Source: Lingula anatina
Lineage: Eukaryota > Animalia > Brachiopoda
NCBI GenBank assembly: GCA_051362555.1
Contig: CM120643.1
Coordinates: 29,702,848 to 29,766,847 of the forward strand
DNA: 64,000 nt
Reading direction: 5' to 3'
Program-made: the position numbers and the translations under genes
The notes under the pieces: model-generated
What the model saw: the letters and a program-made list of their open reading frames with translations, nothing else
Told to the model about the DNA's origin: nothing
Database searches by the model: none
In this document: positions 28,861 through 41,088 of the stretch, piece by piece
Layout of the letters: every line of letters starts with the position of its first letter
How positions within the stretch are numbered: position 1 is the stretch's first letter

Positions 28861-29876
28861 CTCTATAGATGCGAACCCTGTGATCAGATAGCACTAAGGG
28901 CATGTACATGCATCTCAGCTGGGTGGTTTCACTCTGTTTGTAATGGTAATGTTCATAGGGAACTTGAATATATCCAGTAGTGCCAGGCGGTTGCTGACAT
29001 GTAGCTGATTGTTTACAGAAAGAGGCATTTGTTGTGTAAATGAATGTGATGGGCAACAAGACGGAGCATGGTACTGTCACTGCCCCTAAAAACAGTTGCT
29101 TGTATTCTGTATATGTGCCCTCTGATATTCCAGGGTCTCTAGGGTAGCCTGTAAAAATTGAAGTTAATTCAGTACGTAATTTTGTAACAGATTAGGAGCG
29201 ACCCTTGTATTTTCAGGGAGCATTGTACTTGTATATTAGTTTTGTGGCTTCATCCGATTTGTAATGGTGATGTGCATCAGAAACTTTGTGTAGATATCAG
29301 TAAGTAATATATATATTTATCACACATCCAAAGACTTTGAGTCACTTATGTACTTGCACGTCATAAAGAGGGCAATGACAGTCGTTATAAGTCATTTGAT
29401 AATTTTATGAGCTACATTTTATGAGAATCAATACTTTGATCTCCCTTAGCAAATGGATGGACGATCGTGAGAGGCCCCACGTTCCCACGCACCTACGTCA
29501 TTAGAAGGACGATAAGCGTTTTATTGAACACTTAGACAATTTAATGAATCACAAAGTACCATAAATCTTTACTAGAAGAAGCCCACCTGCATGTATTAGT
29601 TTAGTTCTTGAGTTGAATTTAGATACCAGTTCAGAAACTGTGTAGGGTAATACGCCGTGGTCGCGTTGAGTTAACCGGGGAACAGGAAGGTGGCAGTTAG
29701 CGTTAACAGTACACGCACATTGGGTTTTCCCCAGTCGGAAGAAGTAACATTAAAATTCACAAGAAACCTTATTGGGCATTGTTTGTTTGTTTACCAATGC
29801 GCAAGACTGTGCCCTTACACTCGCACGACCGGTCCTGGTATAAAATAAATAACTGTAAAGGGGACGAACTTTACAT

Positions 29877-30729
29877 TGGCGACTTGACTTTGGTAAATTG
29901 GAAAGTTAACGAAAACCATGTCTCAGGAGCAGTTCCACGCATTTATTGAGAACATAAGAGAGCTAATCGAACATCGGCAAGTAGAGGCGGAGAGACAGAT
30001 TCTGCGCTGGGCTGAGAAAAGAAAGAGGGTCTCTCTCCAAGATCTAGCTGACTTATTTCACCCCTGCTGGAGCGGTTCCCTTCGAGACCAGGGAGTGGAT
30101 TGATCAACTGGAGAGGGCGTTTGCCCGGGGGCAGGACACCATCACAAACTGCGCCATACGGTTGGCACTGAAGGCAGGGGCGCAGTAGCGACAGTGGTAG
30201 ATTATTACCTCCGCCAGCAACCCGACTACTAAGGTGCAGCATGGGTGGTGCTACGAGAACAAACCCGTCATTCCTTTCTTTCCCCAGATGAGGCGGCCTG
30301 CCTGAGGACGGAAATTGAGCAGATTCGTGAGAACTGCGCCGCGTACAGCCAACTGTCAAGGAACAGCGCTCGTAAAGTGTACCCTGGGCCCCAGGCAGTT
30401 GTATAAATATCACAAGAGCATGTCAATCAACTAAAGTTACTCTACCAAACACCCCCCGCTCCTTATTCACTCATGTCACTTACTAACATTACAATTATAC
30501 CAGTCAAGTTAGTACCAAAAACAGATGGGAGCACCCGTTTCTGTGTCGACTATAGGAAGCTGAACGAAGTCGCCACTCGTGACACTACCATTGCCACTGA
30601 TACAAGACATCCTTGATTCGGTGAGTGATATGACTCTATTTAGTGTAATCGACCTTAGAGCTAGTTACTGGCAATGTCCGGTTGCGGGAGAGAATATAAC
30701 GAAAATATTCTTATATTATCGAAAAAGAA

Positions 30730-30798
<69 letters not shown>

Positions 30799-31261
30799 AC
30801 GCGAGCTTATTTACACGGTTGTTCGTTGACAGTTTACATAGATCACAGACCTTTGAAGTATATCTTTACCAAGGAGCTACGGAATACATAGATTCAAAGT
30901 TGGGCATTTCTGATGGAAGAATTCGGCGCAAAAGTAGAATATATAAAAGGAAAGAAAAACATCAGGGCCGATGTGATGAGCAGGTTACCTATTCCCTCCT
31001 CAGAGAAAGTAGCCACGTTTGATACGTCCTATTGGATCGACCCTGAATGTATACCTGGTGAATTTTCCCTACGGAGTATGTCGCTAGAAGCCGACGACAT
31101 TGACCCTAAAGAGCTTCTGAATGAGCAGGAGGCTGAAGTCAAGGAGAAATTTATCTTTGCTGTAGACCGAGATTCAGAATATGACGTTTTAAGTGGACAT
31201 TTATACTCTATTAAGAGACCGACAGGCAGCAGCCCTAATAAGGTCGCGCGACAAGGTTATT
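29877..31261 (+). pseudogene. Decayed Ty3/Gypsy remnant, 5' half (PBS, gag start, RT fragment, RNase H end, linker)
   Basis: An LTR-like ...TTTACA end is followed by TGGCGAC (PBS-like) and a gag-like start at 29918. RT motifs: VPKTDGSTRFCVDYRKLN and LPLIQDILD..FSVIDLRASYWQ. RNase H end: EEFGAKVEYIKGKKNIRADVMSRL. Many stops and deletions. Confidence 0.85.
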
Positions 31262-33839
31262 TTCAGTTGCACCCTGGATTACGCACGCTTGCTCCGCAAG
31301 GTGTCGCCTGTGGTGGGGGGCATCACAGCCCATATGGTTACTGTGGCGAAGGTGACAGGTACTTCCAAACATTTTTTCATAACTGTAATTTTTCCTCATT
31401 CTATTCATGAATTTCATATTTACGGCAATTGAAAATGTGGCACCGGCAAAAGTGAATCTAGGTGCGTTGACAGGCCGCACAGGTGTCCCCAATTAACCGC
31501 CGCCAAAGAAGAGATCCCAAGCATTAAACAACACAACCTGTAGATACTGGAAATTTGGCGAAAGTTTTACAAGCAACTGAGGCTTTATTAGATTTGGACA
31601 GAAATCGAGGGGAATGTCCAGTGACATGCCAAACCCCTAAGTTCAAGTCTTGGCCCTTGACACCAGTAACGCACCCCTTAGTCAAGAATCTGAACAAATC
31701 AATGTTGGGCAGGTATGCTCTGTTTGCTACACCCGTTTTGTGATTTTATCAACTTGATTGTCAAGTGCCAGACCTTTTGTTCCCAGGTATTAGTAGCAAA
31801 CTTTATCAGATAACAATCTGACACTAGCCAAGCTGCACTATAAAAGCGCTGTAAACTCAGTTATCAATGCTGTCATCTTTACCTGTATCTTTACCGGTAT
31901 TATGCCAGTGGTACGTTTGATACATTTGAGTAAGGCAACATGCTTTAATGCTTATGTTCATTTTTAATACGTTAGCATCAACCTGTTAATAAAAACTTGG
32001 AAACTTTCAATGTTATTACACAATAACAGTATAATGATGGGAGATGTTATGATTAAATGCTCAGAAGAATAATAAAAACAAATTATGTGAAATATAAAAT
32101 GAATTGATTTTATTTGGGTTATTTATTTCAAACCAAATAATTATCAAACATGAAGCTTATTTTTAGAAACATTCGCAGATATATGAAATATAACCCTGCT
32201 GGTACACAGACCTACAGTTCTAAAATGCAAGTACCTTTCACACACCACTGATAAGATGTGAATAATCATATGTATAAAGTAGTAAAAATATCACAAAATG
32301 TGTGTAAGCAAGATATTTCTGCAAGTAACCTCATTAATCAGTCAGGAAACTTCATAATGCACCCAATAAATGTAGAAATTTGAGCCAGAGAAATTCTACA
32401 TACAGGCATGACAGATTTACCATATATTGCCACCAACCCTTAACTGAATGGGCATAGAAAGAACAAAGTGAGTCTTCCTCCCATTAAAAATGAAAAATGA
32501 AAATAAATAAATAAAAAACAGATACTGTCATTCTTAATACTGAAAAACAATGGCACCTTGCAGCCTTCACTGCCTCACTATTTGCAGACAATGTTCTAGT
32601 CACTGTAACTGTGTACTTTTGATGAGGCATAGATGCAAGAATAACTTCTTTGAAGTATATTGTGAAGGTCTCTTTTGTCATAAATCTGCCATGTATAACC
32701 TGAATGTACAACGATTCACACCGCAGCAGCTTGTCTTAGTAAGGACTCAACCAGTTTGAAAACTTGTGGCATAGCTTCAGGGACAAGATCACACCATCTA
32801 TCCTTGCTGTGATGATGGATCTACTAGTACATTATCTATGTCTTGTCCTCCTAGTTTCTCTAATACCATTTCCCCTGATCTATGCTCACATCAGTCTCTA
32901 TAGCTTTACCAACTGCTACACAGTTTTTACATCTGAAAGTATAAAGCAAAAATTGTAATAAAGCACTATCAATTTACTTGTTAGATATTGATTTGAGGGC
33001 AAGAGAAAAATGCAGAAACCTCATATCATAATCAAGATAATTGAAAATCAAATATGCATAATCAAATTAATAGCTTTAATTGTACATACTACTGATAATT
33101 TAATCTTTTAAACAGCATAAATTTCTCTTGTTAAAGCATAGCCACTTTATCAAAATGTGCTTGAAAAAATAATAATGATAATAATGATAATAATAATAAA
33201 CAACCTGCACACAAGATGGAACATGGAGGTCAATTGCCACAAAATAAGTTGATTTGTACTGTACTTGGTAGCCTGAGAAATAGTATCAGGTATTAATTTG
33301 AGCAGTAAATTGAGTAATAATACCACAGAGTTAACAATGACACAAGCATATGGTGTTGTGTAACAAAATTCATGCATTACTTGCTGTGGCAGTGTCCTCC
33401 TCAACCTATCGTGCACCGCAGGTTTTGATTTTCAATGTCATCAAATTTTTTTATTGTTGTTAGTTTGATTTATGTATCTGCTATTCAAATAATATCCTTA
33501 GGAAAATAACTTACTGATTTAGTTATGCTTTTGCAACATGAAATTATCATTAAATTTGCCGGTTCACGTGTATACAGTACCTTGCAATCAGTGCTGCTCT
33601 ATTCTCCCCAACTCGCCACTGACAGGCTAACCACATCGTTTCAAAACAACGTTGGTATGCTCCTTTACTTTTGGTGTTGGCAGTTTCGCCCTGGGGACAT
33701 CGTTTTTGGTTAAAAAACAACGTATCGTTTTCACCCATCTATGCATTGCTCGTGTACAAAATGGCCGCTTGCTGCCCCCCCCAAGGGAAAAATCGTAGCA
33801 CGTGGGTAGTTACGCAAGACCTGTGACGTATAACGCGCG

Positions 33840-34585
33840 CAAGGTTATTAAACACGTTAACTGCTCCCCTCGCTTTATCGCGAAGACGTGATAAGGTGTC
33901 GTGAAGAAGTGGGCCATTGCTCGACAGCAAAACTTAAGATAAAATACGGCAGAGTTATATCTGGCCAGGTATGCGCGCTGAGGTCAGTACACAGTTGGAT
34001 CGCTGAGAGTGTCTCACTTTCACCAGTCAGTGGGATCCCCAATACGAGATCATAAGTAATCGTGGAATAGTGTATCGGGTACGTCACCAACAATCAGGGA
34101 AAGTTCTAACTGTTAATCGAAATAAACTCCACCTATTTAATCCCAACATGGTACGGGACGACGCCAGGAAGACACCAATCAGAAACCCTTAACCTAAGAG
34201 GTCACCGCCTCCGGCAATAAAGATAGAAAAGGAGGAAGACAATATAGACAACGGCACTGCCGAAGGGGACGCAGTTAGTTCCGATACGAGCACCGAAGAG
34301 AGTGACAGTGAACCGGAACAACTACCGAGACAGAATCAACGATTCCCCAAACGGCTCGGGGAACTCCAGCATCAATATAACACCCGCTACCGGAAACATG
34401 TGAGGCAATGGAGCAAACCACCCGAACAAAAAGGGACGGGAGTTTCCCCATCTTTGGAACATCAAGCAAAAAAGACCGCCAGCCCCGCCCAAGTCGGACG
34501 ACGAGTACGCGTTCAAGCGCCGTCACCTCGACGAGGCTATGGATTTGGCTCTCTTGTACCAAGCTTTATGGTAATCGTTGAATAA
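33840..34585 (+). pseudogene. Decayed Gypsy integrase remnant (Zn-binding region fused to the C-terminal domain and a disordered tail)
   Basis: DKIRQSYIWPGMRAEV, then TFTSQWDPQYEIISNRGIVYRVRHQQSGKVLTVNRNKL, then an acidic/basic tail. The catalytic core is deleted. Confidence 0.7.
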
Positions 34586-34599
34586 CTATATGCGGCCGA

Positions 34600-35493
34600 C
34601 AATCACCCGATATCGGACGGACTATTAATAACGAGGCAAGAGACACACAGTAGAATGGACTCTACTATTCGCAATCGATAGACCCACTTTTACCGCTCCA
34701 GTTGATAAAACTCTCACGAAGCTATACAAACACGTACGTATCACAGAAATCTATCAAAACCGCCAAGCTGAATCGAATGACTTAATCCAGTTTGTTCTTC
34801 GCTTACAGAAGGCACGGAATTCTCTGGCACTAATGACTAACGCCGTTTATTATCACAATAATATAACTGATGTCGTAAATCTTAGATCAGTTCGAAATGG
34901 CTACTAAGCCTGGACTTTTTGACTTCGCAGCTGACCTCGAACAATATTATTTCGGATTGGCTCGAGACGAGGACCTCCAGGAGTGTAGAAATATTATTGA
35001 AGATACAAGAAAACATCAGAAAGTCCTTGTACATCGCGTCATCTAAATGGTGTCAGTTCTTACAACACGATGGATGCTATAAACAAAGGTTATCAAAGAC
35101 TTGACATTTCTAAATACCTCTACTATTACGACGCACTTTAATGTCCTAGACTGGGTCGAAAATTTGACAAGAATAGGACGTGACCGTCTTTATGCAACTC
35201 AGGCCATGTATTCATTCGAACAGCTAGTAGACGATTACCGTATATCATATAACAGGTACAACAGACAAAAAGCCAGTCTTGAACTTGGGCGGTTGGCAGA
35301 AGAGCTCCTGCCGCCGTCCAAGCTACGGGAGATCCTAAATCAAGCGGCTAACAACGCATCGTACAAAATCATAAGTCCGTTACAGTGGTATTACCAGCAC
35401 GTTACCGTCTACCCAGTGTGGGGAGGGAAGACTCTCATTTACATGCAGAGTCAGGCTACCGTTAGTGAGCCAGGAGGAGGCCAAGCGGTATAA
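34600..35493 (+). pseudogene. env: env-like gene remnant (baculovirus F / errantivirus Env-like class I fusion protein, N-terminal to middle)
   Basis: A fusion-peptide-like TKP|GLFDFAADLEQYYFGLARDEDL begins at 34912 and is followed by heptad-like sequence. Further on is RQKASLELGRLAEELLPPSKLREILNQ...LQWYYQHVTVYPVWG. It lies directly downstream of the integrase tail. Confidence 0.75.
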
Positions 35494-35688
35494 TGTCTAG
35501 GCATGCCGGTGTAACAGTAATCCAAGTCCCCCTATTTATTCCTTGTAGCAAAATGTTTAATGGTGTTTTTAATGTCTAATAATGTTTGAAATTCCGTGCT
35601 CATTACATTTACAACTTTTTTGTTCTGTCTTTTAAGTGTCAAAGCAAAAATAACAAAGGGTTATTACAGAACATTATATACATATATA

Positions 35689-36665
35689 CGGAGCTTTGTT
35701 AGTATCATATTAACTTTTTTCTATTTTCATTTAAGTTTTATTTTATGGAATTTTCACCGCGGTGAAAATTATTTCTACCGCGGTGAAAATAATTTTCACC
35801 ACGGTGAAAATAATTTACACCGCGGTGGGAATTAATTTTCACCACGGTGGAAAATAATTTTCACCGCGGTGGAAAATAATTTTCACCGCGGTGGTAATTC
35901 CTGGCCAGCTCGGCCCGGGTGATGAATAGGTAATGAGAACCTTACATTTGCCAGATTCCGTCACGGTGCATGCTATTGTTACATACACACAAGGTTGGTG
36001 GATCCGTTCGTGGGGCCACTGCCGTTAACTTCAGTTTCCCATCTATATTTACCACCTATATAATTAAAAGTCCCGCTTGCAGTTTTATGCAAAGGGAATC
36101 CCATTGTTATTACTAAATACTTAACATTATTTTTGGACAATGTATTTTTAAATATTTTTTGTGATGTGTTTCTTAGATCTTATCTTAATAGATGTAATCT
36201 CGGCTTCTTCGGAAAGGTTTCTTTCTACCAATATTCCCAAGAATACGCAAGTAATTATAAAGGGAAAAGCCACGTACAACATTGCAGCATTTCGGTGATT
36301 TTTAATCTATCGAATACTGCCCGCTTCCTCCAGATTCCTGGGATGATTGGCACATAGACGGTTAAACCGCGTGCATGTGCATGTGCTTGTCTTTATCAAC
36401 GTCCTTTCCAGACATCTGGTAAATATTGGATTCGTATAACCTACATGTATACATTACCCGGGCCGAGATGGCCAGGAATTACCACCGCGGTGAAAATTAT
36501 TTTCCACCCCGGTGTAAATTATTTTCCACCGCGGTGTAAATTATTTTTCACCACGGTGAAAATTATTTTCACCGCGGTAGAAATAATTTTCACCGCGGTG
36601 AAAATTCCATAACATAAAACTTAAATGAAAATAAAAAAAGTTAATATGATACTAACAAAGCTCCG
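35689..36665. mobile_element. TA-flanked MITE with about 210-235-bp TIRs containing tandem palindromic 21-22-bp units (TTTTCACCGCGGTGAAAA)
   Basis: TA|CGGAGCTTTGTTAG...CTAACAAAGCTCCG|TA. About 7 palindromic units in the left arm and about 6 in the right. Confidence 0.85.
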
Positions 36666-37697
36666 TACTTATATTGCAATTTTCAATTTCTAAACTGTCG
36701 TGATTTGTCTTAAATCTCAGCTCATACTTTCCAAGAGCGAATTTCCATCGAGTTTGAGGTTATTTTTCAATTTCAGAGAGTGTAAACCGAAAAATAAATC
36801 TAAGAATGGAGATCCCGCGTTTTGTGTAAAGTGATTTTGCTCTTAGGAATAAGGTTTTGAAAAAGAGAGAGAGAGGGAGAGAAAATAAGAATTTCGACGC
36901 AAAACACAAAAGTTACACCCCAGTAGAAAGGGACATGAAATAATATACACTGTACATATACCTCAAAGGATGAAAATAAGGGATGCCTTTGGATGGTGCC
37001 TTATTTTGTTAAAAAAAATAGCGGGCAAACCAGGCTCATACATATTGTGCACTGAGGGAGGAGTACGCCAAAAATATGCGTTAACACGTCAAAATTTGCG
37101 TTTATTATATGAAAAATACACATAAAATAAATAATTTTTTTCTTCATTAATATGCTTATAAACTGCCTATCGGAAAACATCGTAAAATATAAAGATAAAA
37201 TGTCATATAAATAGAATAAAGCAAACGTTATTATATCTTTAAAACTAGTATGTCTCTATATCTATTTATTCATGTCATTTTTTTAGCGTTACTAAAATGT
37301 CAGGAACGCACGTCCCATTAGGACGTGCATTACTACACGTAGGACTTGCATTACTTGGGAGCCTTCGTCCTACGGACATTGAATCCTAGTAACGTATACG
37401 TATGTCCTAGGACTTCCATTCCTAGCAATGCATGCCCTAGGACTTGCATTCCCAGGACTTAGTGTCCGGGCGAACTTGCGTTACTAGGACGTGCACTCCT
37501 GCCACACCGGCAACAGGTACAATACTTTCGTCTTCGCCAGCCGGCTTCTGGTGAAGCAGACCGACATTGTAGAAAGCATGGGAAATCTGTTTAACCAGAT
37601 GGGTTGCCTGGGATGGAAACCACTTGTCTGTCGGACAGGCGCCGCCTACAGTCAGTGGACGCAGCTCTGTTCCAGAGCTATCATCTACGGTCACAAG

Positions 37698-37865
37698 CAG
37701 GGGCGGATCCAGAGCTATATACTGACAGTCTTCCAAATTATCTTTGTTGATTCATCCTCCAATTTTGACCGTCTTCCAACATTAAAAATTGGATACCCGT
37801 CAATGTAAACTTGAAAATCTGACCGTCTTCTGGAAGACCCAGAAGACGGCCTAAATCCGCCCCTG
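37698..37865. mobile_element. Short MITE, TIR CAGGGGCGGAT, 5-bp duplication ACAAG
   Basis: ACAAG|CAGGGGCGGAT...ATCCGCCCCTG|ACAAG. Confidence 0.8.
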
Positions 37866-37980
37866 ACAAGGCACAGCGGAGTGCGTGCAAGGTCAAGCTG
37901 ACCTCCGGAGATGGAATTTCATCCTACCGAGATCTTGGTAGGAGAAAATGTCGTCGAGACATGGGGGAGAATTTAACTAA

Positions 37981-38195
37981 GAGTGCATTCCCAGAGATTT
38001 AGATCGATCCATCCGGATCGACCTAACTCCCTGGGGGTTCACGCTAAATTGCAGTCAGCCGAGCGCGCACGACAGGTAATTACCCCCTTACAGCTTTTGG
38101 TAGGCGGGACATACGCTTAAGCCGGCTAAGTTGACAGTAATCTAGTGAGACTCCCCACAGGGATAGATCGATCTAAATTCTGTGGGAATAGAGTC
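37981..38195 (+). mobile_element. PIF/Harbinger-like MITE, family A, copy 5
   Basis: Same family, flanked by TAA and TTA. Confidence 0.8.
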
Positions 38196-38540
38196 TTAGA
38201 GATGTCACCACACGAGGCCTGTTACCGTGGCAGTGAAAGCGGGAACCTACCTGGTGACAGTGCCGCACAGTGCACGCTTACCGGGCGTAACTTTACCCTC
38301 CACGGTATAACGCAATTTCGCACAGCCGAAAAGACTGACAAAGGAATTACGAACCAAATGTTTCACAGCTAGATGCTGTGCCCACACCGCCAAAACAGGT
38401 TCGATTTTATGTTTAAACTGTTCATCATTGCGATTTATAAGTTACTTTTCATAACACCGTCGAACAGAGAACCCGGACTATGACATGTAACTGGGTATAA
38501 ACACGATTTAAACCGAACTGAGAAAACGCCACCTAATTAC

Positions 38541-39219
38541 AGGGGGGTATGGGGATACAGTGGGAGGTATGGGGACACAGTGGGGTATGGAGACACAGTG
38601 GGGTATGGGGACACAGTGGGGTATGGGGACACAGTGGGGGGTATGGGGACACAGTGGGGGTATGGGGACACAGTGGGGGTATGGGAACACAGTGGGGTAT
38701 GGGGACACAGTGGGGGGTATGGGAACACAGTAGGGTATGGGGACACAGTGGGGTATGGGGACACAGTGGGGTATGGGAACACAGTGGGGTATGGGGACAC
38801 AGTGGGGTATGGGGACACAGTGGGGGGTATGGGAACACAGTGGGGTATGGGGACACAGTGGGGTATGGGAACACAGTGGGGTATGGGGACACAGTGGGGT
38901 ATGGGAACACAGTGGGGTATGGAGACACAGTGGGGTATGGGGACACAGTGGGGTATGGGAACACAGTGGGGTATGGGGACACAGTGGGGTATGGGGACAC
39001 AGTGGGGGGTATGGGGACACAGTGGGGTATGGGGACACAGTGGGGGGGGTATGGGGACACAGTGGGGGGTATGGGGACACAGTGGGGGTATGGGGACACA
39101 GTGGGGTATGGGGGCACAGTGGGGGGTATGGGGACACAGTGGGGTATCGGGACACATTGGGGGGTATGGGGACACAGTGGGGGGTATGGGGACACAGTGG
39201 GGGTATGGGGACACAGTGG
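38541..39219 (+). repeat. G-rich minisatellite, about 35 copies of G4-7TATGGGRACACAGT (18-22 bp)
   Basis: Direct reading. It accounts for all the low-complexity ORFs at 38508-39530. Confidence 0.95.
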
Positions 39220-39561
39220 TGCAGATCACAACATGGAAGGCACAGTGAGAGAAGGGCAAAATGAAGGCACACTGGGGGAGGTGGGCAAAATGTTTCAGAT
39301 ACCCCTTCCCTATTTTCTCCCTCCCTCACCAAAGCATAAAGAAAATATATAAAAGATCGATTAAAACGTGAAAAACCAAACAGATTCAATTCTAAGTGCC
39401 TTGCATGCAATGTGCTCAAATTGCCCTCATCGACTTCACCACACTGCAACCCCCACAAAACCCCCAAGAGGTCCTGGGTCCACCATTGACACTGTTCATA
39501 TTGTTGTTTAAAAATATTTAAAATACACATTTAACCGTCTGTTTCAGCCCACTAGGCCACA

Positions 39562-41049
39562 ATGCCAATACTTGATAACAAGGCGTACCGGAAACAGCTC
39601 CGTGCATGGATTGGTGACCCGGCCTTGACCTTTAACCTCCTGTACAGCGCCTCCAGAGACGGCTGCAGTGGTCAGGCTTTCCATGAAAAGTGCAACAACC
39701 AAGGTCCGACTGTTTCTGTTGGTCAAAACAGCGCTGGTTACGTCACAGGAGGATACACGAGCATCGCGTGGACATCACGTGGAAATTTTTTTAAAGATGA
39801 CCATGCATTTTTGTTCCAGCTTTTTCCAAACATGGTTAAGTTTGCACCCACTGGAAACGGGCGTGATGTTTATGACAAGGCTGTGCACGGTCCTACATTT
39901 GGATGGGATGGAGAAGGTGGTCACGATCTGTTGTTCTTTTCCAATTCATGCACCAAATCTGGTGCTTATTTCAACACAAATGGCGGCAGTAACATCGGTA
40001 ATAGTTATAATGCCAATGGATACAACGTCCAAGCATTTACTGGAAACAACAAAGCCTATCTCTACATTGAAGTATACGCTGTAAAACGTAAGTGTCATTG
40101 TACTCGTCAACTGCATTATACATGTACACAATGTTTGATTCAATGCCAATTCTCAAATGATTCTTTTCTCAGTGGTGAGGGAAAGATGATAGGAAATCAA
40201 CACAATTGCAACGTTTTTAACTGATTGTTTGTAGTGAATAAAAGTTAAAACTATAATGCGTGTCATTTTATTCATATTTAACACGATGATGAATATTAAA
40301 TAATAAATTATTTGCGACCCAGTAAATAAATTGTTTAACAACATTGGATATATCTCTACAGGCCATTTATCTCTAATCATAGTTATTTTTGACAGAGGGA
40401 AATCCTGAAGATGAATTATGTGAGGAAGATAAACCATGGCGCAAAACTGACATAAAGGGATGGAGTGATAAGGTACTTGAAGCTCAGAGAAAATTGGAGT
40501 AAGTAATGTTGCGGCATTTAAAAAACCGTGTCTCTTATTATCTTTACATAACACAGCATTGAGGCGACACCTACACGGTTGTACTTTTGAATCTGGAAAC
40601 TAGAGTGAGAAGGAATATTGATATTATTTTGGTTAATGTAATGAAAATTGTACTCAAAGAAAACTTGCACATTTAGAATAATTGTCTTTATTTTTCTTTC
40701 TCTCCCGCTCAGACGAGAGACCGACTTCTTAGTAGGTTGGTGTCGTTCTCCACTCCAAGCCCGGCCAAAGTTCCCTTCGCACGGCTTCTCCTGGTGGGCA
40801 GTGTGGGGGCGGGAAAATCCAGCTTCTTTAACACCGTGCGCTCTGTGTTTAGAGGTGAAATCCGCAGCCAGGCGGCGACCGGAGCGGCAACCAGCAGCCT
40901 CACAACAAAGGTGATCAAATGATGATGATATTTATTTTGCCAAATGAAGGGTGATGCTGTATTTCTTTACGAAGAACGTGCTTAAGAATATTTGTGGTAA
41001 GCCATCTTTATACGTTTTAAATGCGAAAATCAAACTACAAATTCGCTCC

Positions 41050-41088
<39 letters not shown>

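Noticed and set aside
36780-39400. ISRE/IRF-like motifs upstream of IFI44L
   Set aside because: Only partial GAAA matches, which are expected by chance in AT-rich DNA, and the TSS is unknown.
38508-39530. Long Pro/Cys/His- or Gly-rich ORFs in all six frames
   Set aside because: They are translations of the G-rich minisatellite, which lacks stop codons; there is no evidence of coding function.
40557-40612. Alternative IFI44L exon 2 candidate
   Set aside because: It has an in-frame TAG. Exon 40396-40472 fits both phases and encodes the family PWRK motif.
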